From the NCBI GenBank assembly GCA_951406725.2, contig OX597822.1, forward strand, positions 66,216,001 through 66,280,000: a stretch of 64,000 nt of DNA, read 5' to 3'. Under the pieces are notes generated by a model. It ran no database searches. It had not been told where the DNA came from and saw only the letters and a program-made list of their open reading frames with translations. The stretch's first letter is position 1; each line of letters starts with the position of its first letter. The stretch is from Octopus vulgaris. Its lineage: Eukaryota. A program made the position numbers and the translations under genes. Of this stretch, positions 27,048-40,887 are shown piece by piece.

Positions 27048-28767
27048 GATTAATCAGCCGAAATTGCGAGGATGATCCGATTCTTGACTGAAGATTGAAG
27101 GCTTCGAATGTCCCGTCCGTGTTTTTTGTATCGTCTTCTAAATGTTTTGCGTTCTTGTCCCAATTTGTGTTTTTTTTACATATTCATATATAAATGTATC
27201 AGAACAAACATACACGCGCACACATATATGTGCATATATCTATATCCATCTTCGTATTTTTGTGTGTTCTCCATTACTCATCAACCGGTATTGTTTTGTG
27301 CTTTCGCCCCATGAATTTAATGGGGGCCTACACAAAAACAACGTGTACCACTATTTAAAATAAGTATTCAGCTAAATTTTCTTTAGAAAGCCTTTAATGT
27401 AGTGTCCCGTGATGACCGCAGTGCAATGACTGAAGTGTGTAAAATATAAATGATCAACGATAGGACATAGGAGGAGCTTAGAAAAGATAGTTTATGGAAG
27501 AGACTTGGGCTCGCTGCTGACAACAAAAGGGAATCAATCATGTGTAGTGTTCAACGAGTTTAGAGTACCATATACTCTGGCTTTTACAGACCATCTCTCT
27601 CAGAAACGTCACAGAGAACTCTCAGATGTTATTCAATCTTTCAATAGTACATACCACGCCATTGGATCATAGACCATTCGTAGCATTTACAAGAAATATT
27701 TTTAATCACAAAATAATTTTTTCCATCCATGAATGCGAAGAATATGGAAAATGAATGATATTGAGGATGGCAGAGTGAGAGGAATAAAGAGGGAGTGACA
27801 GAGATCAGGTAGAGAGGAAATGATAGCAATAAATTCATTATGAGGAAAGTAGTTCAGTGAGAAAAAATGTATTCTGTTAATGAATTCCAATACTGCAACT
27901 CCTTGCTAAACCCAAAGTATATTTCTGATATGTAAATAATTAATACGTATTGAACATAAGGTAAATTTTGATAATTAATGCGTATTGAACAAAACGCTAA
28001 TTACTACATTTATGCCACCAAGTGATTTATTAAGGTTATTAATTTATGTTTCATTAATTTAACTAGAATATTAATTCTATATTAATGGAAAGTTTATGAT
28101 GAGACCCTGCAAGCTGAATGTAAATATCTTCCTATTTTAAAATCTCTAAATTTTATATCGCTGAAATCGCTTTAAGGACAAATGGAAAAACTCCGGCACA
28201 GGATGTGTGTATGTGTTTATGTATATATATACATATGTTTATACATATTTTTACATACAGATATAGACGCGTGTCTGTGTGTGTGTGAATTGTATATGCA
28301 TATTTATACATATGTGCATATGTGAGTATATATGTATGTACCGTGCGTTACAAAGATTGTCAGTGTGCTGAAAGAGATGGATATTTCCTAGCTTCGAGTA
28401 TAAGTACAATTACGATTTTCGAGAAAATGTTACGGGAAATTATTATCTTATCCAAGAGATCTAGGTTCTTCTTGACATGTTAGTAAGAGAGAAAAACGCT
28501 ACTTCATCAAATGTGTTGGCAATTAATGAAAATACACAAAATATCCTGATTATTGCTCGGGGTACCTGTCACTATATTTTGATATAATTGACTGTGATGC
28601 AGGAAGTTTAATATTCTTCGAACTTATTTTCCACTGCATGTTTATACTTTTGAAAACGTTTCAGACGTAAAGCAGGAATTCACATTCTGTGTCATAATGT
28701 TTACCACTCAGTTGCATTGCTAGATTTAACGGTGTTTGAAAATCATCCCTGAGCTGATGTTCTTGTA

Positions 28768-29150
28768 TCTCTCTCTATATAAACGGCAGTTTGTCTGTGC
28801 GTGTTTCTGTGTGTCTGTTTGCTTGTACCCTCACCCTGACCACGGCTTTCAACCGATTCTGATGAAACTTGACACACACATAGCCCAATGTCATAATTCA
28901 AAACTAACGCAGCGAAAATTTTGAAAAGTTCCCCCAGTTCTGAAAAAAATCGATAAATTCAACATGGGGTCGAGAATCAGAAACACAAACCGCAAACTGT
29001 CTACGGGACGCAACTCCACCTTTTTTAACTAAAAAAAAAATTTACCTTAATTTTTTTCCATTTTTTTGCTATTTTTTGGCTATAACTCTCTAAAAATGCT
29101 TTATAGTTATTTCCCTTACAAATCTGAGCAACGCCGGGCGATACTGCTAG
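28768..29150 (+). mobile_element. Non-autonomous Helitron-like element
   Basis: A|TCTCTCTCTATATAAACGG...gagcaacgccgggcgatactgCTAG|T; inserted at an AT dinucleotide. Confidence 0.85.
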
Positions 29151-30696
29151 TTATTTAATAAATTAAAACTTCAAGTCTAAAGCAAAAATGCTTTGAGGAA
29201 ATTTAAAATATGTTAATTAATGCGATGCGTCAAATTAATTCATCTCTCTAAAAAGGATTAATTGAACATTATAAATGTACAAACAACTGGATATCAGAAC
29301 CATGGGAACCAAATTGCTGGATTGCCAATCAGAGCTGTAAGCGAAGAATTCACAACACATCATATACTGACAGTCAAAAAGGTTGAACTATTTCTCCTGC
29401 TCTAGGCTTCTCATTTCCTGATTCCTACGTAAGACGAGTCTTGATGAACGAGATTGCCTAATGGTATGCGTTATGTCATAAGTAATCAAGATTTCCAGGA
29501 TTTCTCTTTTTTAGACATAGTTTTCCGGGCATTTTTTTCTGAAACAGATGTTTGCATTTTATTGCAATACAAAAGGAATGTATTTTCTATTTTATTCAAA
29601 TTTTAGATCGGTTTCAAACATGAAATGACAGCCATATAATATTATTTCCTCAAATGAGATGGAAGTTTCCGAATTTTATAAGATTTGTCCTTTAGTAACA
29701 ATATTTTTTTGGTTTTTGGCTTTAGTTCGAATTTATATCAGCTTCAAGAAAACACAGTGGCTTATTCCACTTAAGAACGTTGAATATATTAATTTTCATG
29801 CAAAATAAAAAGTAAAGTTACGTATCTATATCTCAATACGTGTGAGCAAACATGTATCAACACACATTTACATGCATACACACATATACATACACACGCA
29901 TATATATATACATGTATATATATGTACTTATATATATATATGTATAAATATATAGTATATATATATACACACACACATAAACACACACATATATATATGT
30001 ATATGTAAATATATATATGTACATATATACATATATATATATATAAACGTATATATATATATAGATATACATAATTATATGTATGTATACATATCTATGT
30101 GTATATACCTATGCATGTATGTATATATATATATATGCGTGTCTGTGTATGTGACTGTGTGTATATGTTGTAGTATAGGTAGGATGTCATGCCTTTCTTT
30201 ATAAATTGAATCGAAATGAACATATGTCGAACAGTTGCAGAAATTAAATTCTAGAGAATATTAGAGAATATTAATTATTGAATATTAATTATGCCAATTA
30301 CATTTACCTAATTAGTTTTTGTGTCCTACATCCGGGAATACCACTGCTAGTGTTGGCAAATTATGGTAAGATTCTAAAGTAAAAGTCTAAAGGAAAACAC
30401 TTTCCTCTCAGAGGATTGTTAATTATTTTTTGTAGGATCTATGGCTACAAGTTTTTTATTATTTGATAAAATTTTCACATCGATATTCATTAATGAGGTT
30501 CAGTGGGATAAGTATATGTTTTCGTAGCAATTAATCAATCTAAGACAAAATAAGGAACGCTGAGTTGCATAAAAATATACACGTTTTGATTGAAATGCGC
30601 AGATATAATACAGTAATGATAGTGGGTAAGCACATATAAGGCCTATTTAAACAAATATGTTAGTTCTTCTCCTTCTCTCTCTCAATATATAGGTAC

Positions 30697-30819
30697 ATGC
30701 AGGAGTAGCTGTGTGTCAAGTATCTTGCTTTCCAATAACATGTTTCCGAGTTCAGTCCCACTGCCTGGCACCTTGGTCGTCTTCTACTATAGCCGCTGAA
30801 GAAGGAAACTATAAGAAGC

Positions 30820-30880
<61 letters not shown>

Positions 30881-30968
30881 ACGGGAAGGTTTGCGAAAAT
30901 AAACAAAAGACAAAGGCTGGTGGAGTACAAACAAATGTATTAGTATGACGCTCAGGAATAGAAATAGA

Positions 30969-31034
<66 letters not shown>

Positions 31035-31041
31035 CTATCTA

Positions 31042-31088
<47 letters not shown>

Positions 31089-31347
31089 TTACTTGGAAAT
31101 GGATGCATGGCATTCAATTGAATAATAATATAAATAATATATATATATGTGTGTCTGTATTTGTGGTAAGGGCACAAACACAGACACTATGGCATCCCAC
31201 CACACCCAAATACTCACTCCCGCATAACAACGCTTTGATCGGTTCGAAGATATTGTTGAAGACACTTGCCTAAGGCGTTACGCAGTGGGACTGAATGCAG
31301 AGCCATGTGGTTGTGAAGCAAGCTTCTTGCTACACAGCCATGCCTGC
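30697..31347. mobile_element. Two family-A SINE 5' halves in inverted orientation flanking TA tracts and a short repeat (30880-30970) related to 58385-58470
   Basis: gcaggagtagctgtgtg...gttcagtcccactgc (+) and gcagtgggactgaa...acacagccatgcctgc (-). Confidence 0.7.
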
Positions 31348-32153
31348 ATGTTCTGAAGGTGAGGTTAAAGAAAGGCAGATAGATATATATATATGTACAG
31401 GGGAGGCAGTTACATTAAAAGAGAGAGAAAGAGAGAGGCAGAAAGTGTTTGTATTGTCAGAGTAGAGATATATCGACAGCAAGGAAAAGTATATGGTGGT
31501 GGTGGTGGTGGTAGTGGTGGTGTGTTGATAGTGAAAAGTATATTTTATTCATCTAAATCTATAATATTCTTCTACCTCTTCGTTCGCTCTTTACGCTTTG
31601 GTTTATTAGAAAGGAGGAGTTGGACCGTGAGACAGGAAGAGGGAATGTGAAACTTAGTGAGAGAGGAGATAACCAACCGATGCATTATGCTGTCATTCAT
31701 ATGGTTAGCGGAGGTGAGACGTGTTAAAGACATGAAAAGGGGATTACATGATTAAAAAAGTGACGGAGGAAATGAGAGAAATGATAAAATGCTTAGCAGC
31801 GGGAAATTTTAAAATCATACCTTATTGTGGCTGAGAAGTGAAATAACTTAGCAAAATAAAAATAAAAATGCATACTAACCTTCTCTTAGACTTTTTCATT
31901 CTGTGCAATTTCCACGCCTCCCACTAGTATACTACAATATAATATAATATGTCTGTGTCGGCCAAAAATTTATCTAGAAGATATTTTAAAATAAGTTTAC
32001 AGAAAATTGATTTGTCATAAAGAAAAATTCGAAACCCTAATTTTGAACAAATGTTCTTGTCTACATAGCAAGAATTTTTGTTTTATCTGAGAAAACTTCT
32101 GTTTATCGTTACATGGTACTATATTTCTCCTTTCTGCAAAATAATTCACTATG

Positions 32154-32531
32154 GGCGCAGGAGTGGCTGTGTGGTAAGAAGCTTGCTTCTCAGCCACAAG
32201 GTTCTGGGTTCAGTCCCAGTGCGTGGCACCTTCGGCAAGGTGTCTCCTACTATAACCTCGGGCCGACCGAAGCCTTGTGAGTGAATTTGGTGGACGGAAA
32301 CGGAAACAAGTTCGTCGCATATATGTATGTGTATATATATATATATGTGTTTGTGTGTCTGTGTTTATCCCCCCAACATCGCTTGCTGGTGTGTTTACGT
32401 CCCCGTAACATAGCGATTTGGCAAAAGAAACCGATAGAATACGTACTAGGCTTTCAAAGTCCTGGAGTCGATCGGCTCGAATAAAGGCGGTGCTCCAGCA
32501 TGGCCGTAGTCAACTGACTGAAACAAGTAAA
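32154..32531 (+). mobile_element. Family-A SINE, full length
   Basis: ggcgcaggagtggctgtgtggtaag head, internal (TA)n(TG)n, tail ...gactgaaacaagtaaa. Confidence 0.9.
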
Positions 32532-33725
32532 CCAGTATATACATTGGGTACTTCAATGTAAAATTTACGCAGTTGTGTATTGGTACTGTGAAAACAACAC
32601 GTAACTACGAAGCAAATATTTCCACGTGTTTTATGTATACTGTTCAGTGTTCATGTGCAGGTCTGATTATAGAAAATATCGGGTGTAGGATTAGTACATT
32701 TGGTAGATTTTCTTACGATATTTCGTTACCTTCCTTTATATTCCGTGTACAAATTCATCATCTTTGACTGTGTGATTTGTACATGCTTTAATAGAATTCA
32801 AATCACACTATAGTCAACATTGCCTTTCATTATTTCGTTGCCGTTAAAATCAATAAAATTCTTTCAATTAAGTCACCAACTTCAAAGGTGTCACAGTTAT
32901 GTTACTAGCTTCAAAAGTGCGTTGCCATTTCTAATTTAGAAAACATTATTTACAAATATTGATTTGAAACACGAAGTTAAACATTTTCTCAGTTATCTGA
33001 AAGGTGATTGCTGCCATTTAACCCTCGCTCAGACCTCATCGAGAAGATATATGTTTAAAATGTATTCCGGCACTGCTATCTCATTTATTTCCTGATAGCT
33101 GTATAGTGTAGATTATGTCAAGCAGATTGCACTATTTGACTGAACTTTTCCCGCGTAACACGAGACAAGTTTTGCAGGACCATATATTGGAGCATTTATA
33201 GAATTGTAAGCCTTGATATGGTATTTCTGTGGTACGTTTCCTTCTAATAACTCGGAGTTGAATTATTATTAGAAATATTTTTATTATCCTCCTTTATATA
33301 AACATTATTTATATGACAAAATCCTTATATTTTGAAAATTGTTCGATGCTTTGTCGTGAAAGAAACGACATTCCTATCAGGGGAAAACTGTTCACGTTCT
33401 GGCGTTTTCTGGTTATATGTGGTCCGTTTCCTTTAATCTTACGAATCTGGGTGAAGATATCCAACGGTATTGTAGCCATATTTTACTTCTATATCGTCTT
33501 CTACTCACGTGTATGTCGTTTTTTCTCCTTCACCTCAATGTACCAATATTTCATCTGAATCAGTCGAGACTATGCATTTATTTTGACTGAAATTAAACAG
33601 AAAAAAAACTGGACTGACAAATATGTATTAGTAAATAGATTCCCTGCATTGAAAGCATTGTCTTCATTTGTTGTTAATCCTAGGCTTCACTATTTTGTTT
33701 ATATTTCATATAAAAAATGATAATC

Positions 33726-34010
33726 GTCGCCCTTTTCAAGCTTAGCCAGGCTCATGGGCCCGGTTTCCCGGTTTCTGTGGTGTATATGTCCCCCCAGCTG
33801 GATAGGACGCCAGTCCATCGCAGCGTTACTCAAGAAACAGGAATAGAGAGTGAGAGAAAGTTGTGGCAAAAGAGTACAACAGGAGTCGCTACCACTCCCT
33901 GCCGGAACCTCCTGGAGCTTTTAGGCGTTTTCGCTCAATAAACACACACAACATTCGGTCTGGGAATCGAAACCGCGATACTCCGACCGCGTGTCCGCTG
34001 CTCTAACCAC
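33726..34010 (-). mobile_element. Family-C SINE
   Basis: Reverse complement reads gtggttagagcagcggacacgcggtcgg...gtttcgattcccagacc; tail ...gaaaccgggcccatgagcctggctaagcttgaaaagggcg. Confidence 0.85.
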
Positions 34011-34024
34011 TTATATTTCATATA

Positions 34025-34425
34025 TATTTCTTTATTGCTCACAAGGGGCTAAACATAGAGGGGACAAACAAGGCCAGACAAAGGAATTAAGTCGATTACA
34101 TCGACCCCAGTGCGAAACTGGTACTTTATTTATCGACCCCAAGAAGATGAAAGGCAGAGTCGACCTCGGTGGAATTTGAACTCAGAACGTAACGACAGAC
34201 CAAATACCTATTTTTTACTACCCACAGGGGACAATCAAGAGCAGACAAACGGATTAAGTCGATTGTATCGATCCCAGTGCATAACTGGTACTTATTTAAT
34301 CGACCCGGAAAGGATGAAAAGCAAAGTCGACCTCGGCTGAATTTGAACTCAGAACGTAACAACAGACGAAATACTGCTACGCATTTCGCCCGGTGTACTA
34401 ACGTTTCTGCCAGCTCGTCGCCTTA
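34025..34425 (-). mobile_element. Family-B SINE dimer with 16-bp TSD
   Basis: acttatatttcatata at 34009-34024 and 34426-34441; two tandem cores, one head. Confidence 0.9.
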
Positions 34426-36473
34426 ACTTATATTTCATATACTACTTTAATGCCAAACGTCGTTGTGATACTAAATTCAAAGCTGCTCTTTCTTTTACTC
34501 CATAGCTTAGAATTATTTTAGCTTTGCACACTGTCTTACTTGAGGATATTCGATATAAATATTTGTCACTGGATTTTTGTTTTCACAAATTATATGCAAT
34601 TCCAAGTCTTCTACATCGTTTTTTCTCTCTTTTTGTTTTTCTCTTCTTTATTCTTAGTCGTGTAATTAACTTCTGGTTCATTTTGTGCAGTCTCCTTAGA
34701 GATACAGATTTTTTTATTTTTTTCATGTCTCTTTAATTCGCTAATTAGTTTCCATTTGCATGATTCTAATTATTTTTCTAGATACACTACGCTTGCTTTA
34801 TATGAGTCTTCTATTTGCTTCAAGTAAACTTTGGGAGTTGCATCAATTTTATATCGGCTGCTCGACGGTGGTTACAGAACGCTGTTACTTTGCTAGATTC
34901 CCTGTTTAAGAGTATCCATTCACATAATTAGCAACACATTTTATACATGTTATATTCTACAACTGAGATGTCTAATATATTTATACTTGTGGGTTTATAT
35001 CTAGAACTGAGTCCAATTTTAAATATTAGACTGTTAAGTTAGAAAAAGAAACACTTTTTCCAAATTTTCTAAATTTCAGATTATATTTTCTTATCATGTT
35101 CATCCTACGTATTTGAATGGGTACTTTTCTTCTCACTTTAAATATCAGTATTTAGTTTAATAATATTAGTTTAATGTCCACTTCCTAAAATAATACTGAC
35201 CCATTTGTTTAGAAGCATACATAGATTTATATATTGGTTGTGATATAATTACAATCTATTTCACATTACCTCGCATTTCCTTGTATATGAAAAAATCTAA
35301 TTGCTTTAAAATGTTCCCTCAGCATCTTTTATCTGTTCGTATGTGTTTTACACTATCCAATTCATTAATTCTTAAGTATTAGTAAGTCTGTGTTTTGTCT
35401 ACTTATATTGATTATTATTTTTTTCTTTTATATTGGATACATAATTAACTTTTTTTGGAATGAGATATGAACGCTATTTATTTTTAATTTTTTCCATCAT
35501 TAAGTCCGGTTTTTGAATTATGATATTTTTTTCAAATTTATCCATGCATATGGTGTAAAGTTATCGTACTTAACATTTTACACAAAATTTATTCATTGCG
35601 CCATCCGAAACTAACAGCATACACTTGATTAATTCATACATAATTAATTTTAAGAGTTATTTTTATATCATTCATTTAGTTCGATATATATGTAATGGAA
35701 GAATACACACATCATATAGTTATGTTTACAGCGTTTCGTTTATGATCTATTTTCTCTCGTAAACTTGGTTTCAGTAGCGATGATATAAGAACCAACAATT
35801 TCCAAGTATGTGATTTCATTCCTAGATCCCTGTTATTGTGTTTCATTGAATGGACGTCTCTTCTATGCCTGCTTAACGTGTATCAAAGGAGCGTTTTTAG
35901 AATATCTTTTAGATGAGAACGATTATTTAGATAAAAAATATCACGGCTAACAGTTTCAAACTAACTGACCCATAATGCCAAAAGTTTTGGCAGCCGCAAA
36001 GCAAAGAAGAGCCAAAACGAAGTATCCGAATATACATGTCCAGCATCAAACGAAAATGGAGAGCAACGGAAAGTATTGCAACATCCAAAACAGTAAAGCA
36101 TGAAAGGACATAACGAAAGCAGTCGAATAACCGGCAACAAGAAAAACAACAACAAGAGCAACAAAACTGCAGCGATAAGAACAGAATCATAAACAACCAC
36201 ATCAACAAAATAAACAGTGAAATTCAGATGAACCCCTAAAGTACATTGTTCTCCGAAAGGAGTCGAAGAACTTAGTGAAAGGTTTCTCGAAGTACACTGG
36301 CACAGTTGTTATATCTATTTAGTTGATTTTTATTATTGATATTTAAGCATTTGTATTTATGCTGAATATGCATTTTTAAAATCACAATGGAGATTTGGTT
36401 TGATGTTTTGCGATGTACGTAGGAATCTCTCGTCTCAGATCTACGATATTGCTGCCTATTCAGATTTCCGCTT

Positions 36474-36769
36474 ATCTTTTATCTTTTACTTGTTTCAGTC
36501 ATCAGACTGAGGTCATGCTGAAAATACTGCCTTGAGAGATTTTAGTCGAACTGATCGACTCCAGTATTTTTTCTCCCTCTCTTTTCCTTAAACCTGCTAC
36601 TTATTACATCGGTCTGTTTTGCGGAACCGTTAAGTTACGGAGATGTACACACAAAAACAACGGTTGTCGATCGGTGGTGGGCTATCAACACAAACACAAA
36701 GATACAGACAAACACATACACATGCATATGTATATATATATATACATATAAATATATATATATACATAC

Positions 36770-36829
<60 letters not shown>

Positions 36830-36993
36830 GACCGGATTCTTTTAGGTTTCCTTTTCCTGAATGAACTCACAAGGCTTTGGTCGGTCCGAGGTTAGAGTAG
36901 AAGACACTTACCCAAAATTGCCAGGCAGTGGGACTGAACTCGGAGCCATGTCGTCAAGAAGCGAACTTCTTACCTCACAGCCAAGACAGCGCC
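36474..36993 (-). mobile_element. Family-A SINE with expanded internal (TA)n
   Basis: Tail at 36481-36560, head at 36920-36993. Confidence 0.85.
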
Positions 36994-37740
36994 TATTTAC
37001 TTTCATGATCAGGAACTGTAGCTTTAATTTATTATTTCTTTTTGTTTTTTTTATTTTCTTTACTCTCAGTTATAATGTTCTTGACAACGAAACATTTTTT
37101 TCATTGATCTTGTAGTTGGATCTTTTACGTAACTTTGCAGCATAAGCAGCTTCCTTTTCTTCGTGAGAAGGGATTGAAATGGGAGCAGATACATAAAGAG
37201 TACATTAGAGTGTTACACTTCCTTTTATCTCTATAAGAAGGGGCTGTGATGCTAATATGTATTACAAACAGTTATACATCTGCGGTTGCATACGTGAATA
37301 AATACACACATGCACACATTATATACAGAGACAGTGAAAATAAGGAAAACAAAGAGGGTTAGTATTATAATACAAAGAACTTAATTTGGAAAATATGCGT
37401 ATATACGATCGGAGATAATTTAGCAACGAATACTTTAAACAAATTTATTAAGAAGAATATATTTAATATGTGGAGAATTTATCAAGCCTACAGGCATAAA
37501 CATCTTATATTCCCCGTGGGATGTTTTGTCCTTCTTTTTTTTTGCATCGTTTCCATATTTATTTATTTATTTATTTATTCCTACATACAGGCCACATGCG
37601 TACATCTTAAGGAATAGCCTAATTCAATATGTTACGGTAATTCACTTCACATGTGTTATGATTAAATGTCTGTGCATGTACTGAAGATGAGGAAAACTTC
37701 AATCCCTTTTTAGCATCACTAGAACTTCCTTTGTCCTGTT

Positions 37741-38033
<293 letters not shown>

Positions 38034-38902
38034 ATATAAATGTGAGACACACATTTATAAGCATATTTGAATAACTATTTCATATTTTCTAAATGACCGG
38101 AAACATGTCTACCAGTCTATGATACTGATACACTACTTTATTGCAGTAACAACATTGTCTATTGAAAAGGTTGCAAGACGCAACGAAAATTTTAGGAAAA
38201 TAAAAATAAGAAATAAGTGGAAATTTTACCGGTGAGTGTGTTAAATAATAAGGCACAAAAAGAAATATGCTTCAACACCCGAACTCATATAAAGAATCTT
38301 GCAAACCAAAGTCAAAAACGAAATATTTTATGGAATGATTGATAGGAAACATGTAGAAAGAAACGACCCTAGATTAGATGATAACTTTTTATTAATTTTA
38401 ACAATATTCCATGCATCAGTCCATCTTTTCTGACCGCTATTTCTGGAATGGTAGTGGTAATCGTTTTCTCGTATACCTTCATCAACGTGTCCTATCACAA
38501 GTAACTGGCATTGCATTTTCCAGCTCGATTCGCAAGCGTAATCGTGTTAGACGATCTTATTGTCCAACTCCCTTGTTCTTAGTCGAACCCTAGATCCCCT
38601 GTCGGTTAGCTCGGCATCAAAAATACGTTTTCCGATTCTTTCTCGCAACATTTTTATCATCACATATCCCTTAAAACTGGAGCCGTATGTAATCTCTTAA
38701 TATGGAGAAGCAGCGGTTCAACCAGCAAAGACTATACCATATCCGCGTTAAACACCCTATCCGATAACTTTATGCCTGAGAACTTTTGAGGAAACCGCAT
38801 TTCGGCAGCTTATAGTCGTGGTTGTACTGTTTTCGTCATCTCTCAACATTTGCCTTTTAAACACAGCCTTAAATAAAAAGAAACGAAACTATTATAAAAC
38901 AT

Positions 38903-39313
38903 GACGCAGGAGTGGCTGTGTGGTAAGTAGCTTGCTCACCAACCACTTGGTTCCGGGTTCAGTCCCACTGCGTGGCATCTTGGGCAAGTGTCTTCTGCTA
39001 TGGCCCCGGGCCGACCAATGCCTTGTGAGTGGATTTGGTAGACGGAAACTGAAAGAAGCCTGTCGTATATATGTATATATATATATATGTGTGTGTGTGT
39101 GTTTGTGTGTCTGTGTTTGTCCCTCTAGCATTGCTTGACAACCGATGCTGGTGTGTTTACGTCCCCGTCACCTAGCGGTTCGGCAAAAGAGACCGATAGA
39201 ATAAGTACTGGGCTTACAAAGAATAAGTCCCGGGGTCGATTTGCTCGACTAAAGGCGGTGCTCCAGCATGGCCGCAGTCAAATGACTGAAACAAGTAAAA
39301 GAGAAAGAGAGAG
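38903..39313 (+). mobile_element. Family-A SINE, well-preserved reference copy (tRNA-like head, CORE-like segment, internal microsatellite, LINE-like tail)
   Basis: A-box-like tggctgtgtgg, B-box-like ggttcagtcc, CORE-like cttgggcaagtg, tail ggcggtgctccagcatggccgcagtcaaatgactgaaacaagtaaaagag. Confidence 0.9.
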
Positions 39314-39772
39314 TATGTGTAGTAATAAACGTAATAACATGGCGAAAATATCAAAACTAGAAGACGGTGTCCACAGTATTTAGATTACTACATGGATATT
39401 GTTCAAATAACAAGTACTATTAGTTACTCATTCCATGTTTTCTCGGGCACATTCTCCAAATTAACAATAACAATGGCGACATATCATTAACAATAGTAGT
39501 GGAATTATGGAACCAGCAATTCCAGCGATTGCTATGATCGGTTATCTTGACATTTATTGGTTCCTTTAACTCTGAAATTCTGAAGTCTAGCTATATGTGT
39601 TTTGTGTTTGAGTTCGTTCGTTCGAAAAATTCTTATATCAATAATTTCGTCTGCACACTAGCATATCTTTTTTGACTATTCAAAAGTATGCATGTCTCTC
39701 TCTCTATCTCTCTGTCACATTTTCTCTATCTCCACTTCTCTCTCTCTCTCTCTCTCTTTCTGCGCTCTCTCT

Positions 39773-39806
<34 letters not shown>

Positions 39807-39832
39807 GTTTTTATGTCAAGTCATACTTTTTT

Positions 39833-40157
39833 GAAATTTTGGCACAGGAACAGCAGTTTCGGAGTGGGGGTGGATCATTTACATCAACCCCAGTGGTCAA
39901 CCGGTATTAATTTTACCGATTTAGAGGGCATGGCAGAAGAAATAGTGAGAGAAAGTTGTGGCGAAAGAGTACAGCAGGGATCGACACCACACCCTGCTGG
40001 AGCCTCGTGGAGCTTTAAGTGTTTTCGCTGAAAAAACACTCACAACGCGCGCTCTGGGAATCGAAACTCGGCAGAAATTTAACTCAGAATGTAAGAACGG
40101 ACGGAATGACTCTAAGCATTTTGGCCTGCGTGCTAACAACTCTGCTACTCCGCCGCC
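39833..40157 (-). mobile_element. Family-B SINE interrupted by a family-C segment (39938-40068)
   Basis: B tail 39833-39925, C body gtgagagaaagttgtggcgaaagagtacagcaggg...gggaatcgaaac, B head 40068-40157. Confidence 0.7.
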
Positions 40158-40253
40158 ATATATCAAGTTATAATAGAAAATATAAACTAACATTCAATCG
40201 AAAATTAATCAATTATATATAAAAATTATTCAATTACGTTTCTAGAGGCAATG

Positions 40254-40334
40254 TCTAGTATAATGTTACCAGAATAGCCTTTTTTATATGTCCAACGAAG
40301 ACTTCAAAGCCAATGTCACTCCTCGTTTTCTAAA

Positions 40335-40340
<6 letters not shown>
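40254..40340. repeat. Left arm of inverted repeat flanking the LINE
   Basis: ctagtataatgttaccagaatagccttttttat...gccaatgtcactcctcgttttctaaaatc is the reverse complement of 43212-43318 (the latter has a ~20-bp insertion). Confidence 0.9.
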
Positions 40341-40404
<64 letters not shown>

Positions 40405-40410
40405 ATCTAT

Positions 40411-40851
40411 ATGCTCCCAGGGATGACACACCATCAGCAGGCACAGGTGGAGTCCCTGCTCCATCTCACAAATACCTCTTTCATGGAGCAAATAGTTCTG
40501 CAACCAACAAGGGCAGATAATATACTGGATCTCTGCTTCACAAACAATATGGATATTATCCATAATGTTAATGTGATGCCGACAATGATCTCGGATCACA
40601 ACATAATAGAGCTGTCTATGTATGGAACAAAAGCCCCAGAAGACACACAGCCTATACGAAGCACCTACCATCTCTCCAACTTAAACTTTCATAAAGCCAA
40701 CTGGAAGTCGATTGAGAAAGAGATCCTCAAACAGGATTGGCCTAAATGTCTCTCCACACCGGACATAAACATGAAACACAAACACTTCATGTCCATAATA
40801 CAAGCCATATGTGACAAATATGTCCCAATGTGCAGGGCCAGCACACACTAG
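40411..40851 (+). pseudogene. C-terminal part of the LINE apurinic-like endonuclease, in frame with the RT ORF but ending at TAG
   Basis: QIVLQPTRADNILDLCFTNN...MISDHNII; same frame as 40888, with open codons NKNRIPRERKIL between the stop and the ATG. Confidence 0.9.
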
Positions 40852-40887
40852 AACAAAAACAGGATCCCTAGAGAAAGGAAGATTCTT

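Noticed and set aside
27080-27120. ctgaaga...cgaat hammerhead-like string in a TA-adjacent repeat
   Set aside because: No GAAA and no convincing stem I or II pairing in this copy
34440-35700. Long AT-rich stretch as decayed Helitron/Polinton coding sequence
   Set aside because: No motif recovered in the stretches translated by eye
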